A stretch of 20,000 nt of DNA from an uncultured virus (IMG/VR IMGVR_UViG_3300020034_000011) (lineage: Duplodnaviria > Heunggongvirae > Uroviricota > Caudoviricetes), in IMG/VR virus record IMGVR_UViG_3300020034_000011. The stretch is one strand, 5' to 3'. Shown piece by piece: positions 7,222-15,933 of this stretch; position 1 is the stretch's first letter, and each line of letters starts with the position of its first letter. The notes under the pieces were generated by a model. That model made no database searches. It saw only the letters and a list, made by a program, of their open reading frames with translations, and was not told where the DNA came from. The position numbers and the translations under genes were made by a program.

Positions 7222-7543
7222 AATGAGGGGACACCTGGCGTTTATCGGTACGACGGTAGGTGGTAATACGATCATCCTCCGTCTCATTCCCTACGAAGAG
7301 AAACGTTATAAGCCAAACCCAGGACCAGTTGTTCGGTTCGACTTCCTAGAGGATCGGTATTTCCTCTATCTGAACGACGATGAGCCTGTGGAGTTGACCA
7401 ACCCACGGTTCGAGCTCTATGACGATGTTGACCTGTCGATCGTGCATATTGTCATCACCTCGCTTGAGTGGTGCGGGCGAGCGGTCGGCACACGTAAGGA
7501 ATGGATCGATCGAGTCGAACTAGAGAAGAGGTATGGCCGATGA
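7214..7543 (+). CDS. Hypothetical protein
   Basis: ORF track; ATGA overlap with the next gene. Confidence 0.6.
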   Translation: MTEMRGHLAFIGTTVGGNTIILRLIPYEEKRYKPNPGPVVRFDFLEDRYFLYLNDDEPVELTNPRFELYDDVDLSIVHIVITSLEWCGRAVGTRKEWIDRVELEKRYGR

Positions 7544-7908
7544 AGAAGTTCTTAGTACGTCTACGCGGATGGTGGTACAGACATATCCGTCGCTGCCACG
7601 GAGAGATCTGCAAGGACTGCGGTCGCCCCGTTGCTCGCGGGATAGGGACGTGGTGGGATGCCCCAGACGGTCTATGGGTAGAGATCAACGACGGACCTGG
7701 TGGATGTCTCTGCCCCAAGTGCTTTGCTGATCGATGCATGGAGAAGGAGGGGCTTCTTATTTACTGGGTCCCGCTGATTGAAGCACGCAGCTTGACTCAG
7801 CAGATCGAGGATGAGAAGCTGGCGGAAGAGTCGGAACGTCTGGGTGAAATATTCGAGGCACACCTGAGACCAATTAGAAATAGACAAGATGGGAGTCGCT
7901 TAGAGTGA
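7540..7908 (+). CDS. Zn-finger protein (CxxC...CxxC)
   Basis: CKDCGRP...GGCLCPKCF; similar to 10514-10825. Confidence 0.65.
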   Translation: MKKFLVRLRGWWYRHIRRCHGEICKDCGRPVARGIGTWWDAPDGLWVEINDGPGGCLCPKCFADRCMEKEGLLIYWVPLIEARSLTQQIEDEKLAEESERLGEIFEAHLRPIRNRQDGSRLE

Positions 7909-8114
7909 AGGTAGCCAAAAAAACACACAACTATCGAGTGATTGAGCTCCTTGCGCAAGACGCTGACGGTCTCGCCGCGGTAATCAACCGCTGGGCAAGA
8001 CGCGGGTGGCGTTTAGTAGGTACCGCCCCAGGCAAGGACGCATATCACATCAAGCTGATCCTCGAGCGCCCGGTGTGCTTGAACCATCCACAAGATGAAA
8101 GCGCGGTTGTATGA
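7905..8114 (+). CDS. DUF4177-like small protein
   Basis: Y.V...INRWARRGWRLV...LILERP pattern. Confidence 0.65.
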   Translation: MKVAKKTHNYRVIELLAQDADGLAAVINRWARRGWRLVGTAPGKDAYHIKLILERPVCLNHPQDESAVV

Positions 8115-8536
8115 AGATCGTTGAAACAATCACACCGGACAACGCTGACAAGGTGATCATGGGCGAGAAGGACGTCAAGATCACCTACGACACGGAGACC
8201 GGGAAGGTCGCGCTCAACACCCCGGCAATCTGGGGCGGCGACGCCAAGATGGACATGTCGAAGCTTCGTACTGTGTTAGACCAACTCGAGGCATCGACCA
8301 CGTCGGTGCGCGAAGAAACACAGGACGGAGAACTGCTGCCGGTCAAGAACTTGAAGGTCGATGAGTTGTTCGCCTACAACGATCGGTTCTTCAAGGTTGT
8401 CACGAATGACGACAACGTTGTTCACGTCATCTCAATCGATGGTCAATTCGAGGAGGACTTCTGGCATCCGAATCAGGCCATGCCGAGTGTGGATGCGAAG
8501 ACTTGGTTCGAGAAGGTCCGGGTTCTGAAGGCATGA
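8111..8536 (+). CDS. Hypothetical protein
   Basis: ATGA overlaps at both ends; C-terminal beta-rich module resembles the tail of the HAD protein. Confidence 0.7.
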   Translation: MKIVETITPDNADKVIMGEKDVKITYDTETGKVALNTPAIWGGDAKMDMSKLRTVLDQLEASTTSVREETQDGELLPVKNLKVDELFAYNDRFFKVVTNDDNVVHVISIDGQFEEDFWHPNQAMPSVDAKTWFEKVRVLKA

Positions 8537-8970
8537 ACCGTGAGCAGCTAGGCGTTCTCGGGTCGATGCTCACCTTTGCTGCGGAGAACATCCCGGGCGG
8601 TTTGAATCTGGATGAGCAGCGTGCGGTAGAGATCTTCTGGCGATGGGCGTCGAATGATCCATTTTACGCCATTGAGGTGAGCAAGGTGGAGGTCGCGATC
8701 GAGAACGATGGCGATATCTACATCACCGAGAACGATCGGCGTGTGATGCACGCCAGGATCAAGAGCTGGACAGAGCTACTTCTCCAGATGGGTCCTGGGG
8801 ATGTCATCGAGCTCAACAAAGAGTATGGCCCACTGGTGTTCGTGCCTCTTCGCGTCAGTATGGATCTCGAAAAGGTGGAATGGGTGGTCGAGCGTTACTG
8901 CCCGGCCGATAACACGTGGGAAGCGGTTGATCGAATCCCAGGTCAGCTTGCCACCGATTTCAAGGAGTGA
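8533..8970 (+). CDS. Hypothetical protein
   Basis: ATGA overlap with the upstream gene. Confidence 0.65.
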   Translation: MNREQLGVLGSMLTFAAENIPGGLNLDEQRAVEIFWRWASNDPFYAIEVSKVEVAIENDGDIYITENDRRVMHARIKSWTELLLQMGPGDVIELNKEYGPLVFVPLRVSMDLEKVEWVVERYCPADNTWEAVDRIPGQLATDFKE

Positions 8971-8973
8971 TGG

Positions 8974-9150
8974 ATGGAGCACGCGCGAACTCATGAATAC
9001 ATGATTCATGACATTGACTATTTGGATCATCTTGAGCGTGTTGCCAACACGTGGGCAAAAACGGGTTGGCGAGTGGTGAGCGTTACCGAGATGATGCGTG
9101 GTTTTCGAATGTTGCTTGAGCGCCCTTGGGCTGATAGGAGTGATGGATGA
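8974..9150 (+). CDS. DUF4177-like small protein (58 aa; not in the ORF track)
   Basis: AAGGAG RBS; MEHARTHEY...VANTWAKTGWRVVSV...MLLERP. Confidence 0.65.
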   Translation: MEHARTHEYMIHDIDYLDHLERVANTWAKTGWRVVSVTEMMRGFRMLLERPWADRSDG

Positions 9151-9329
9151 AGACCCTCAAAGATTCGCTTGACCATCTCGCTAGGCGTCAGGTCTCACGT
9201 GAAAGTGAGAGACGAGCAGGAAAGGTGATCACTGCGTTTGTCGAAGGGCGGGTTGACGAAGACTGCCTGAGAGCAAACCTGCGACAGGAGTATCAGCGAA
9301 TGCTTGAAATGGACCCAGGCGTTAGGTAA
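9147..9329 (+). CDS. Hypothetical protein
   Basis: AGGAG RBS, ATGA overlap. Confidence 0.6.
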   Translation: MKTLKDSLDHLARRQVSRESERRAGKVITAFVEGRVDEDCLRANLRQEYQRMLEMDPGVR

Positions 9330-9345
9330 TGCCGGAAAGGAATCA

Positions 9346-9549
9346 ATGAAACAGTTGTTCGAACGGATTCGACAGCTCATTCTCCCTAGAGGAGTGTGGG
9401 TGGCATATCACTACGACTTCTCTGGGTTCGCCTTCTTTGACGAGGAGCTCCTCGCTCGGCGGTATGCGGGTGAGAACAACATGGGCGTGGAGTTTTGCCC
9501 TTACGGGGTAGACGTCAGACAAGAGCTTTTGCGGAGGGGTGCTCCATGA
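9346..9549 (+). CDS. Hypothetical protein
   Basis: AAAGGA RBS; GVWVAYHYDFSGFAFF..EL.ARRYA. Confidence 0.65.
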   Translation: MKQLFERIRQLILPRGVWVAYHYDFSGFAFFDEELLARRYAGENNMGVEFCPYGVDVRQELLRRGAP

Positions 9550-9977
9550 TCGTCGGGTTCAGTGGCTCTCGCGAGGGTATGACCATGATCCAGCGAGAGA
9601 AGGTCAAGGCGGTTTTGTCGACGCTGCTGCCTGAAGAGGCGCACCACGGAGATTGCGTCGGGTCTGACGAGGGTTTCCACGAGCTCTGCCGTGAGCTGAC
9701 CAGAGAACAGTTGATCACGGTTTACATCGTGGTTCATCCGCCCATGGCCGATCAGTTCCGTGCGTTCTGTGAGGGTGACGAGACTCGTCCACCCAAGGCC
9801 TATATCGGTAGAAACCGCGACATCGTGTCAGAGGTGGGCGCCCTTATCGCCTGCCCGAAACAGGAGCTTCAGCCTCCTGAGTTGCGTGGACACGGGACGT
9901 GGTCGACTATTCGTTATGCCACCGGTAGGATCCCGATCTATCTGATCAAGCCGTCCGGGGAACTCTCAAGGAGGTAG
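9546..9977 (+). CDS. SLOG-superfamily (YspA/DprA-like) protein
   Basis: IVGFSGSREG..HHGDCVGSD..VHPP..RNRDIV..LIACP..GTWSTIRYA motif set. Confidence 0.8.
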   Translation: MIVGFSGSREGMTMIQREKVKAVLSTLLPEEAHHGDCVGSDEGFHELCRELTREQLITVYIVVHPPMADQFRAFCEGDETRPPKAYIGRNRDIVSEVGALIACPKQELQPPELRGHGTWSTIRYATGRIPIYLIKPSGELSRR

Positions 9978-9978
9978 G

Positions 9979-10065
9979 ATGAGTACTGAGATGCGATGGA
10001 TGTTCATCGGCATTCTGATCGCTTTCTGTGTGGATGTGGCCGGTGGCCTGATCGGCTGGTGGTGA
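9979..10065 (+). CDS. Small membrane peptide (28 aa)
   Basis: AAGGAGGT RBS; WMFIGILIAFCVDVAGGLIGWW. Confidence 0.5.
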   Translation: MSTEMRWMFIGILIAFCVDVAGGLIGWW

Positions 10066-10068
10066 GGT

Positions 10069-10293
10069 ATGGAACGTGACCCAACCGTTCCTAGGGAGAT
10101 CTACGATCCTGATCGAGTGAACCACGGGATCAAAGAAATTCTACGCCAGCAAGAGCACTGTGAACCGCCGAATCCCTATCGCGTTGTAGAAGCACTGCAG
10201 CATTCGTTTGGGAACGTGTATGACCCGGAGACCGGTATGTGGGTTCGGGACGTTCCATATTCGCAGGCCAACTGGAAAGGCGATGGGGTGTGA
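10069..10293 (+). CDS. Hypothetical protein
   Basis: ORF track; TGATG coupling to the next gene. Confidence 0.6.
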   Translation: MERDPTVPREIYDPDRVNHGIKEILRQQEHCEPPNPYRVVEALQHSFGNVYDPETGMWVRDVPYSQANWKGDGV

Positions 10294-10514
10294 TGGGTCA
10301 TCGATCTCCTAAGGGTTACCCACCACCTCCAGGGCCGATCAACATCCTTACCCGTGGCGGGTACGCAAGTAAGTTGTTTCTTGAAGACAAGATCGACTTA
10401 GAAGAGTTCGAACATCGTTTGGAATTGTTGTTTGCTTTTGGAAAAGCTGACGATCCATACATCATTGACGCAGGACCGGCCGGATTTCAAAGACCGACAA
10501 AGGACATGCACTAA
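10293..10514 (+). CDS. Hypothetical protein (SHOCT-like IDLEEFEHRLELL)
   Basis: Coupled on both sides. Confidence 0.55.
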   Translation: MGHRSPKGYPPPPGPINILTRGGYASKLFLEDKIDLEEFEHRLELLFAFGKADDPYIIDAGPAGFQRPTKDMH

Positions 10515-10825
10515 TGGAAGATCGTAGCGATGAAGAGATGACGTGTCAGGACTGCCTCAGGCCTTTTTCAGAGGTCATCGATTTCTTGGTGGCCGACGCG
10601 ATCTGGAATTTTGTCATGGCTGGGCAAGCGGTCACCACAATTACCATTCGTCCTGGACTGTTCGACAAGCGATTGCAGCCTCGTTCCGAGGGTGTCGGTG
10701 GGGTCGTATGTCTCCACTGCTTCGACATCCGCGCCAAAGCAAAGAACGTCGACTACAGCGCACATCTGGTGGTTACCGGTATCGGCTCATGGATGCGTGA
10801 ACCCCAGAACGGAATGCCGCTCTAA
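10514..10825 (+). CDS. Zn-finger protein (CxxC...CxxC)
   Basis: AAGGA RBS; CQDCLRP...GGVVCLHCF. Confidence 0.65.
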   Translation: MEDRSDEEMTCQDCLRPFSEVIDFLVADAIWNFVMAGQAVTTITIRPGLFDKRLQPRSEGVGGVVCLHCFDIRAKAKNVDYSAHLVVTGIGSWMREPQNGMPL

Positions 10826-11023
10826 GTGACATTCGCAAGCATAACCAAAGACGTGCCGTTGATCTGTCCTCATTGCGGGTCTAACGCGCCACATGGCGAC
10901 GCACGATTCATGTGGGTCAACCTGCATTTGGAAAGCTATCTCCATCGTTGGTGGTGGAGACGAGTCAACCTTTACTATCGGTTGAAACTGAAAGGGCTTA
11001 GATGGTGGCGTTCACACACATGA
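10826..11023 (+). CDS. Hypothetical protein (CPHC, Trp/Arg-rich)
   Basis: Abuts the previous stop. Confidence 0.5.
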   Translation: MTFASITKDVPLICPHCGSNAPHGDARFMWVNLHLESYLHRWWWRRVNLYYRLKLKGLRWWRSHT

Positions 11024-11048
11024 AGTACGAAGCCGTAGAAGGTGAGAG

Positions 11049-11261
11049 ATGATTCAAACGGTTTGCGATCGCTGCCAACGAGCAGGTACAAGCGATATGT
11101 TCGTAGAAGTAACGCTATCGGTCGACGGCGATACTTCTGGAACGGTGCGTCAAGGTATGACCAAACACTTTTGCCTGGATCCTGACGGAAGAACCGTTGG
11201 GTGTTACCGAAAGGTGATGACAAAGATCATGCCCAGTTTCGAAGAGCGCGAAAGGAGGTGA
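11049..11261 (+). CDS. Small Zn-binding protein (CDRC..C..C)
   Basis: MIQTVCDRC N-terminus typical of phage Zn-ribbon ORFs. Confidence 0.65.
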   Translation: MIQTVCDRCQRAGTSDMFVEVTLSVDGDTSGTVRQGMTKHFCLDPDGRTVGCYRKVMTKIMPSFEERERR

Positions 11262-11264
11262 GCA

Positions 11265-11429
11265 TTGCTAGCACAGACGCAGCCACGTAGGATGAAAACG
11301 GGACAGCTTGACGGCGGATATTTGACTGGCCCTGGAGATGAAGCCAGAGACGCTGACGTCATGCTGGAAGACTGGGTCGGGCGTCCCAACTACTCAGAGC
11401 GACCGACGGCTTACGATGACTTGGGCTGA
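11265..11429 (+). CDS. Hypothetical protein (54 aa)
   Basis: TTG after a strong AAAGGAGGTG RBS. Confidence 0.4.
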   Translation: MLAQTQPRRMKTGQLDGGYLTGPGDEARDADVMLEDWVGRPNYSERPTAYDDLG

Positions 11430-11589
11430 CTTATGGGCACAGACTGCATTTGCCTATGTTGTCTCAGATCTTTCAAGATGGCGAAAAGCGCAGGAGATTC
11501 TGGCTTACATCCCGGACGTAACCTTGAATTCCGATGCTGCGTTGTTTCACAGCGGTTTTCATTATTTGTTTCATGATGGAAGGAGGTAA
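11416..11589 (+). CDS. Hypothetical protein
   Basis: Fills the gap between neighbours; start uncertain. Confidence 0.45.
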   Translation: MTWADLWAQTAFAYVVSDLSRWRKAQEILAYIPDVTLNSDAALFHSGFHYLFHDGRR

Positions 11590-11592
11590 CAA

Positions 11593-11739
11593 TTGATTGA
11601 CGTCGTTGCGGTTATCTTCCTATTACTCGTAGGCGTGGTAGCCGCGATATTGTCCCAAACCCAAGAACGTTGGTTACAACACGCTCTTATGGCCAGCGTC
11701 TGTTTTGCGACAGCGCAGGTGATGATCAATCGATTGTGA
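11593..11739 (+). CDS. Small membrane protein (48 aa)
   Basis: AAGGAGGT RBS, TTG start; two hydrophobic segments. Confidence 0.55.
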   Translation: MIDVVAVIFLLLVGVVAAILSQTQERWLQHALMASVCFATAQVMINRL

Positions 11740-11752
11740 AAGAAGGTGACAA

Positions 11753-12967
11753 TTGCATATCCACCCGGAACTCTACCCCCATCAGCAGACGGCGCTGAGG
11801 AAGCTGAAGGACGGCTCGATCCTGTGGGGAGGGGTCGGGTCAGGTAAGTCCCGGGTTGGTCTGGCATATTACGCCTTGTCCGAGCAGCATGAGGACATCT
11901 ACGTCATCACCACCGCCAAGAAGCGCGACAGCCTGGACTGGGAGATCGAGGCTGCGCGCTTTGGTATCGGTAAAGAGCACACGCTTTACGGTAAGCTGGT
12001 GGTAGACAGCTGGAACAACATCGAGAAGTACATCGGAGTCAAGAACGCGTTTTTCATCTTTGACGAGCAGCGACTGGTGGGAGCGGGCAAATGGTCAAAG
12101 TCATTCCTGAAGATCGCCAAGACCAACCGGTGGATTATGTTGTCCGCGACCCCCGGGGATACATGGTTGGACTACATCCCGGTTTTCGTGGCAAATGGGT
12201 TTTATCGCAACCGAACCGAGTTCAAACGCGAGCATGTTATCTACAACTCTTTCACCAAATTTCCCAAGGTGGAGAGGTATGTCGGCGTCTCACGACTGAT
12301 ACGCCACCGCAACAGCATCTTGGTCGAGATGCCCTACCTGCGTCACACCAAACGCCATGCGATCAACGTCTGGTGTGACTATGACCTAGAGCTGATGAAG
12401 AAGGTCACTGACGAGCGCTGGAACGTCTACAAGGACGAGCCGATTCGTGACGTGGCTGAGCTCTTTCACGTCATGCGCCGGGTGGTCAACTCAGACCTAA
12501 GCCGGTTACAAGCCGCGGCCGAGCTGCTCGACAAACATCCACGCATGATCTATTTCTATAACTTCGACTACGAGCTCGACCTGTTGCGCACGGTGGGAGA
12601 CTTCGTCCTGCCCGAGACAACGCTCCCCATGGCCGAGTGGAACGGCCACAAGCACGAGGGAATCCCCCTTACCCCGAAATGGGGATACCTGGTTCAGTAT
12701 GCCGCAGGGGCCGAAGGATGGAACTGCGTTTCCACGGATGCCACAGCCTTTTGGAGCCTTCCATACTCCTACAAACTGTGGGAGCAGGCCCACGGCAGGA
12801 TCGATCGATTGAACACCCCGTTCACCGATCTGTACTACTACGCACTGCGCTCAAAGGCCGATATCGACTGGGCAATCTGGCGCTCGCTGATGTCCAAAAA
12901 GAGCTTCCAGACCGACCATTTCGCGCTCGAGAACGCAGAGTTCGCAGAGATGGCGAGGACCATATGA
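11753..12967 (+). CDS. SF2 (SNF2-like) DNA helicase
   Basis: Q motif LYPHQ, Walker A GGVGSGKS, motif II FIFDEQ, motif III LSATP, motif V AGAEGWN, motif [10 protein letters not shown]. Confidence 0.92.
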   Translation: MHIHPELYPHQQTALRKLKDGSILWGGVGSGKSRVGLAYYALSEQHEDIYVITTAKKRDSLDWEIEAARFGIGKEHTLYGKLVVDSWNNIEKYIGVKNAFFIFDEQRLVGAGKWSKSFLKIAKTNRWIMLSATPGDTWLDYIPVFVANGFYRNRTEFKREHVIYNSFTKFPKVERYVGVSRLIRHRNSILVEMPYLRHTKRHAINVWCDYDLELMKKVTDERWNVYKDEPIRDVAELFHVMRRVVNSDLSRLQAAAELLDKHPRMIYFYNFDYELDLLRTVGDFVLPETTLPMAEWNGHKHEGIPLTPKWGYLVQYAAGAEGWNCVSTDATAFWSLPYSYKLWEQAHGRIDRLNTPFTDLYYYALRSKADIDWAIWRSLMSKKSFQTDHFALENAEFAEMARTI

Positions 12968-13140
12968 GAACCCCACAAGAAGAATTTGACGATTATATCT
13001 ACGTTGCTCGCGCCGCTCTTTTAGACGCATTCAACATGATACAGGACGACCCTGACAGTTCAATCGTACTGTCTCCAGAACGCAAGAATCACTTGATTCA
13101 GGCAGCAAGACATCTAGATCTCGGTCGAGGAGAACAGTGA
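12964..13140 (+). CDS. Hypothetical protein (58 aa)
   Basis: GAGGA RBS, ATGA overlap with the helicase. Confidence 0.55.
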   Translation: MRTPQEEFDDYIYVARAALLDAFNMIQDDPDSSIVLSPERKNHLIQAARHLDLGRGEQ

Positions 13141-13165
13141 TCGAATCTCGCAAAGTGCGGCTTTT

Positions 13166-13582
13166 ATCTGCCAAGGTCGAATCTTGGCAGATTTGACAGA
13201 AATGACAGAACGTGGCGCGTCGGCGCTCTATATAGGGTTGTTTAGGGTTCGGGAGGACTTGAAAAGTGGTGTACGCCGGACCACTTTTAGATACTAGTAT
13301 CTAAAAGTTTTAGATATTGGAGCGTCTGCTTTTAGATATTGAAATGGCTTAGTTGGCGCGTAAACGCTCTTGCCAAGCTATTTGCCAAGATTTAGCTTGG
13401 CAAAATAAGGTGCTCATTTGCAGGGACTTCTCGCGAAATGTCATTGCCAAGATTTTTTGCGAAAAACTCTCTGATGTCATATGTATACCTAATACCCTAC
13501 TCAACGCGAGAAGAAGTAGTAGTTATAGTATTAGATATTGAAACGCCCCGTTTAGAAAAGTTTTTCCTCGAAATCTTGGCAA
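13166..13582. repeat. AT-rich non-coding region with TGCCAAG/CTTGGCA inverted repeats and a 26-bp palindrome; candidate replication origin
   Basis: IRs at 13166-13192, 13370-13404 and 13444-13455/13571-13582; perfect palindrome ACTTTTAGATACTAGTATCTAAAAGT at 13283-13308; repeated TTAGATATTG. Confidence 0.6.
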
Positions 13583-13611
13583 ATGTTGAGACCCCCACAA
13601 AAAGGACGATT

Positions 13612-13851
13612 ATGCCCAAGGTAAAAGCAGCACCCGTCAAGGCGGTATTCAAGTCAGCTGATGACGAACTCGCGTATCACCTCGAGAAGGCCGAGGATCA
13701 TCTGATCAAGGCGGTGATGTTGTTTATTCATGACAAGAAGCCCGAGCGCAATGCCGATTACTTCAAGCGGCTGGGACGTGCTCAGGAGATCGTCACGGGT
13801 CTGTTTCGCGAAGAACTAGTACGAATGCGTGGAACGAAACGGCCGAGATGA
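13612..13851 (+). CDS. Hypothetical protein
   Basis: AAAGGA RBS; preceded by TGAGACCCC. Confidence 0.7.
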   Translation: MPKVKAAPVKAVFKSADDELAYHLEKAEDHLIKAVMLFIHDKKPERNADYFKRLGRAQEIVTGLFREELVRMRGTKRPR

Positions 13852-13963
13852 CTCAGATGTCGCCTCAGAGGGGCCTAGAAAGCCCGTAGAAGCCACGGAA
13901 TGACAAATTAGGGACGTTGTACCAGTAAGCCCTTAGGAACGCTTAGAACGGCTTTATGGGGCT

Positions 13964-14296
13964 GTGAGGAGAAAGAGGGCTACAACGAATGATCTAAAGG
14001 CTTGGGTGATCAAGTCTCGAGAAGAGCAACGACGAGCGCCAGAGCGATATCTCGCTTCTTATCCTGATCTGACCATGGACGAAGACTCGGTGTTGTTGAC
14101 AGAAGACCAATTCGAGAAGATCAAGCGACACTGCGGTCGTTATGACGGCTGCTTTCCTACTGGCGTATACCTCGGGAAGATGTTTCTTCGTGGCGAGTGT
14201 CTTTGCTGGTTTGCCATCGCCAAAGTCAAACCGTTGACTGATTACAGCATTGAAGTCCGACGTATTGAGTTAGTTGAAAAGGCGGTGGTAGCGTGA
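13964..14296 (+). CDS. Hypothetical protein
   Basis: YDGCFPTGVYLGKMF motif; GTGA overlap with the next gene. Confidence 0.6.
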   Translation: MRRKRATTNDLKAWVIKSREEQRRAPERYLASYPDLTMDEDSVLLTEDQFEKIKRHCGRYDGCFPTGVYLGKMFLRGECLCWFAIAKVKPLTDYSIEVRRIELVEKAVVA

Positions 14297-14532
14297 GCAC
14301 CACATGTACGTACGGAGTGAAGACGACGTTTTGCTCTGGTCAGGGACAAACTGCTGACCACTACCACGCCACAGTCAGGCGATTGGAAGACGGTGTAGAG
14401 CTCATCTTCACCGCTAGGTGGAATTGGCGTCTGATGCGGAAGACTCGAAGAAAGCAACTCGACAAAGAGTTCGCGCGTTACGACAAGGACATCGCGAGAA
14501 TTCGAGAAGGATCGAGGACCTTAGAGCGATAA
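14293..14532 (+). CDS. Hypothetical protein
   Basis: Coupled start. Confidence 0.55.
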   Translation: MSTTCTYGVKTTFCSGQGQTADHYHATVRRLEDGVELIFTARWNWRLMRKTRRKQLDKEFARYDKDIARIREGSRTLER

Positions 14533-14741
14533 CATCACATGAGTTGGCTCGGCATCTTCTTGCCGCTCCAGATCTCCCGGTTGTGACGCACGCCAACAAT
14601 CACACCACGAGCGTTACCGATTCTGTTCGAGTGGGGCGCTTGAATCTCGATCGGCTCATTATCGGTAACTTTAGCCAGGAGCGACTCAAAGAAGGAAACG
14701 ATGTTGTCGAAGAGGTATACGTTGATGGCGATTGGGGGTAA
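14529..14741 (+). CDS. Hypothetical protein (TSHELARHLL..PDLPV); probable ATA start
   Basis: ATAA start/stop overlap with GAGGA upstream; the alternative GTG at 14418 would overlap the previous gene by 115 bp. Confidence 0.5.
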   Translation: MTSHELARHLLAAPDLPVVTHANNHTTSVTDSVRVGRLNLDRLIIGNFSQERLKEGNDVVEEVYVDGDWG

Positions 14742-14743
14742 CA

Positions 14744-15034
14744 ATGAGTAGCAAAGCAGCGAAGAACATGGAAGTGATCTTCAACGCCAAGAAGCACCAC
14801 GATGCGAATTGCCCATGGAAGGGTGAAGGTAAGCGCATCAACATGACTGCGTTCGACATCGATCGCATGGGCTGGGAAGAAGGCGATGTCATCGCTGGGC
14901 TGACACTGGTGGCTGATGCTAAATTGGCTACCGGTCGTTTTGAGGTTCACTGCGACAACGAGCCCAAGCCAGACATGGAGTTCAAGGACAGCATCGCTGA
15001 CTTCAAGACGAGCGATGACTTGGTGACCGCATGA
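14744..15034 (+). CDS. Hypothetical protein
   Basis: GGGGG RBS-like; ATGA overlap with the next gene. Confidence 0.65.
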   Translation: MSSKAAKNMEVIFNAKKHHDANCPWKGEGKRINMTAFDIDRMGWEEGDVIAGLTLVADAKLATGRFEVHCDNEPKPDMEFKDSIADFKTSDDLVTA

Positions 15035-15402
15035 GTCAAGACCGACAGGTATATCTGCTGCACTTCCTTCGTGGATGTGCGACGGCAGCCGATGAAGACA
15101 ATCTGGGTGTTGAAGTGGGCCGGTTGATGCTCAATGGTCAATTGATGAACGAAGCAGCCGATGAGTTCTCGAGGATGAAGACTGCTCTCGAGCCGAAGGA
15201 ATTCAAGAACAAGACGGAGAAGTTTCGTCATCATCTCGCTCGAGCACATTTTCATGCGCAGAGAGCCTATGAGCTCATGTTCGAGTCCGATGGTCCGAAA
15301 CGTTCCTACATGATGCGATCGTCGATCGGTAAGGCGCAGAACATCCTCATCACCTGGTATGTGCGAGAGACAAAGCGTCAGAGAAAGGAGAGCGAAGGGT
15401 GA
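15031..15402 (+). CDS. Hypothetical protein
   Basis: Coupled on both sides. Confidence 0.65.
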   Translation: MSQDRQVYLLHFLRGCATAADEDNLGVEVGRLMLNGQLMNEAADEFSRMKTALEPKEFKNKTEKFRHHLARAHFHAQRAYELMFESDGPKRSYMMRSSIGKAQNILITWYVRETKRQRKESEG

Positions 15403-15899
15403 TTCATGAAGACGGCTGGGTAAAGGTCGAGGGGTTTCCGAAGTACAGTGTGAACCCCCTCGGCCAGGTGCGCAAAGACTCGAACCAACGTCCGATCCGC
15501 CCACGTGTCAATAAGGAAGGAGTTGCTTACGTTGGGTTCATGAAGGGAGCGAGACAGCATATTCGTTCTCTCCCTCGGCTGGTGGCGCTTACCTTTCTCT
15601 CTCCACCTAACGCCATCTTCGATACGCCTATCAATCTGGATGGCGACCGAACGAACTGCAGGACCGACAACCTCATGTGGCGTCCTCGGTGGTATGCCGT
15701 GCGTTACGTCAATCAGTTTGACGATCCGTATGAGAACCCCATCGACCTACCGATCAGAGCGGTGGAGACAGGAGAGACTTTCCCGAACTCATTGGCTGCG
15801 GCCTGTCGTTACGGGCTTTTGGAGTATGAAGTTGTTCAATCGATCATGAATCAGACGCTCACCTGGCCCACCCTTCAGCGATTTGAGTTGGTGGAATAG
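15399..15899 (+). CDS. NUMOD4/HNH-family protein with degenerate active site
   Basis: NUMOD4 WVKVEGFPKYSVNPLGQVR; RLVALTFL; INLDGDRTNCRTDNLMW; NUMOD1-like ETGETFPNSLAAA. Confidence 0.8.
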   Translation: MIHEDGWVKVEGFPKYSVNPLGQVRKDSNQRPIRPRVNKEGVAYVGFMKGARQHIRSLPRLVALTFLSPPNAIFDTPINLDGDRTNCRTDNLMWRPRWYAVRYVNQFDDPYENPIDLPIRAVETGETFPNSLAAACRYGLLEYEVVQSIMNQTLTWPTLQRFELVE

Positions 15900-15933
15900 T
15901 GTCTAGGACCTCGCATTTTTTTCAGATATTGGA

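Noticed and set aside
13353..13611. ORFs in the AT-rich region (13353-13541 and the extension of 13438)
   Set aside because: Atypical composition, overlap with the repeats, and a better RBS at 13612
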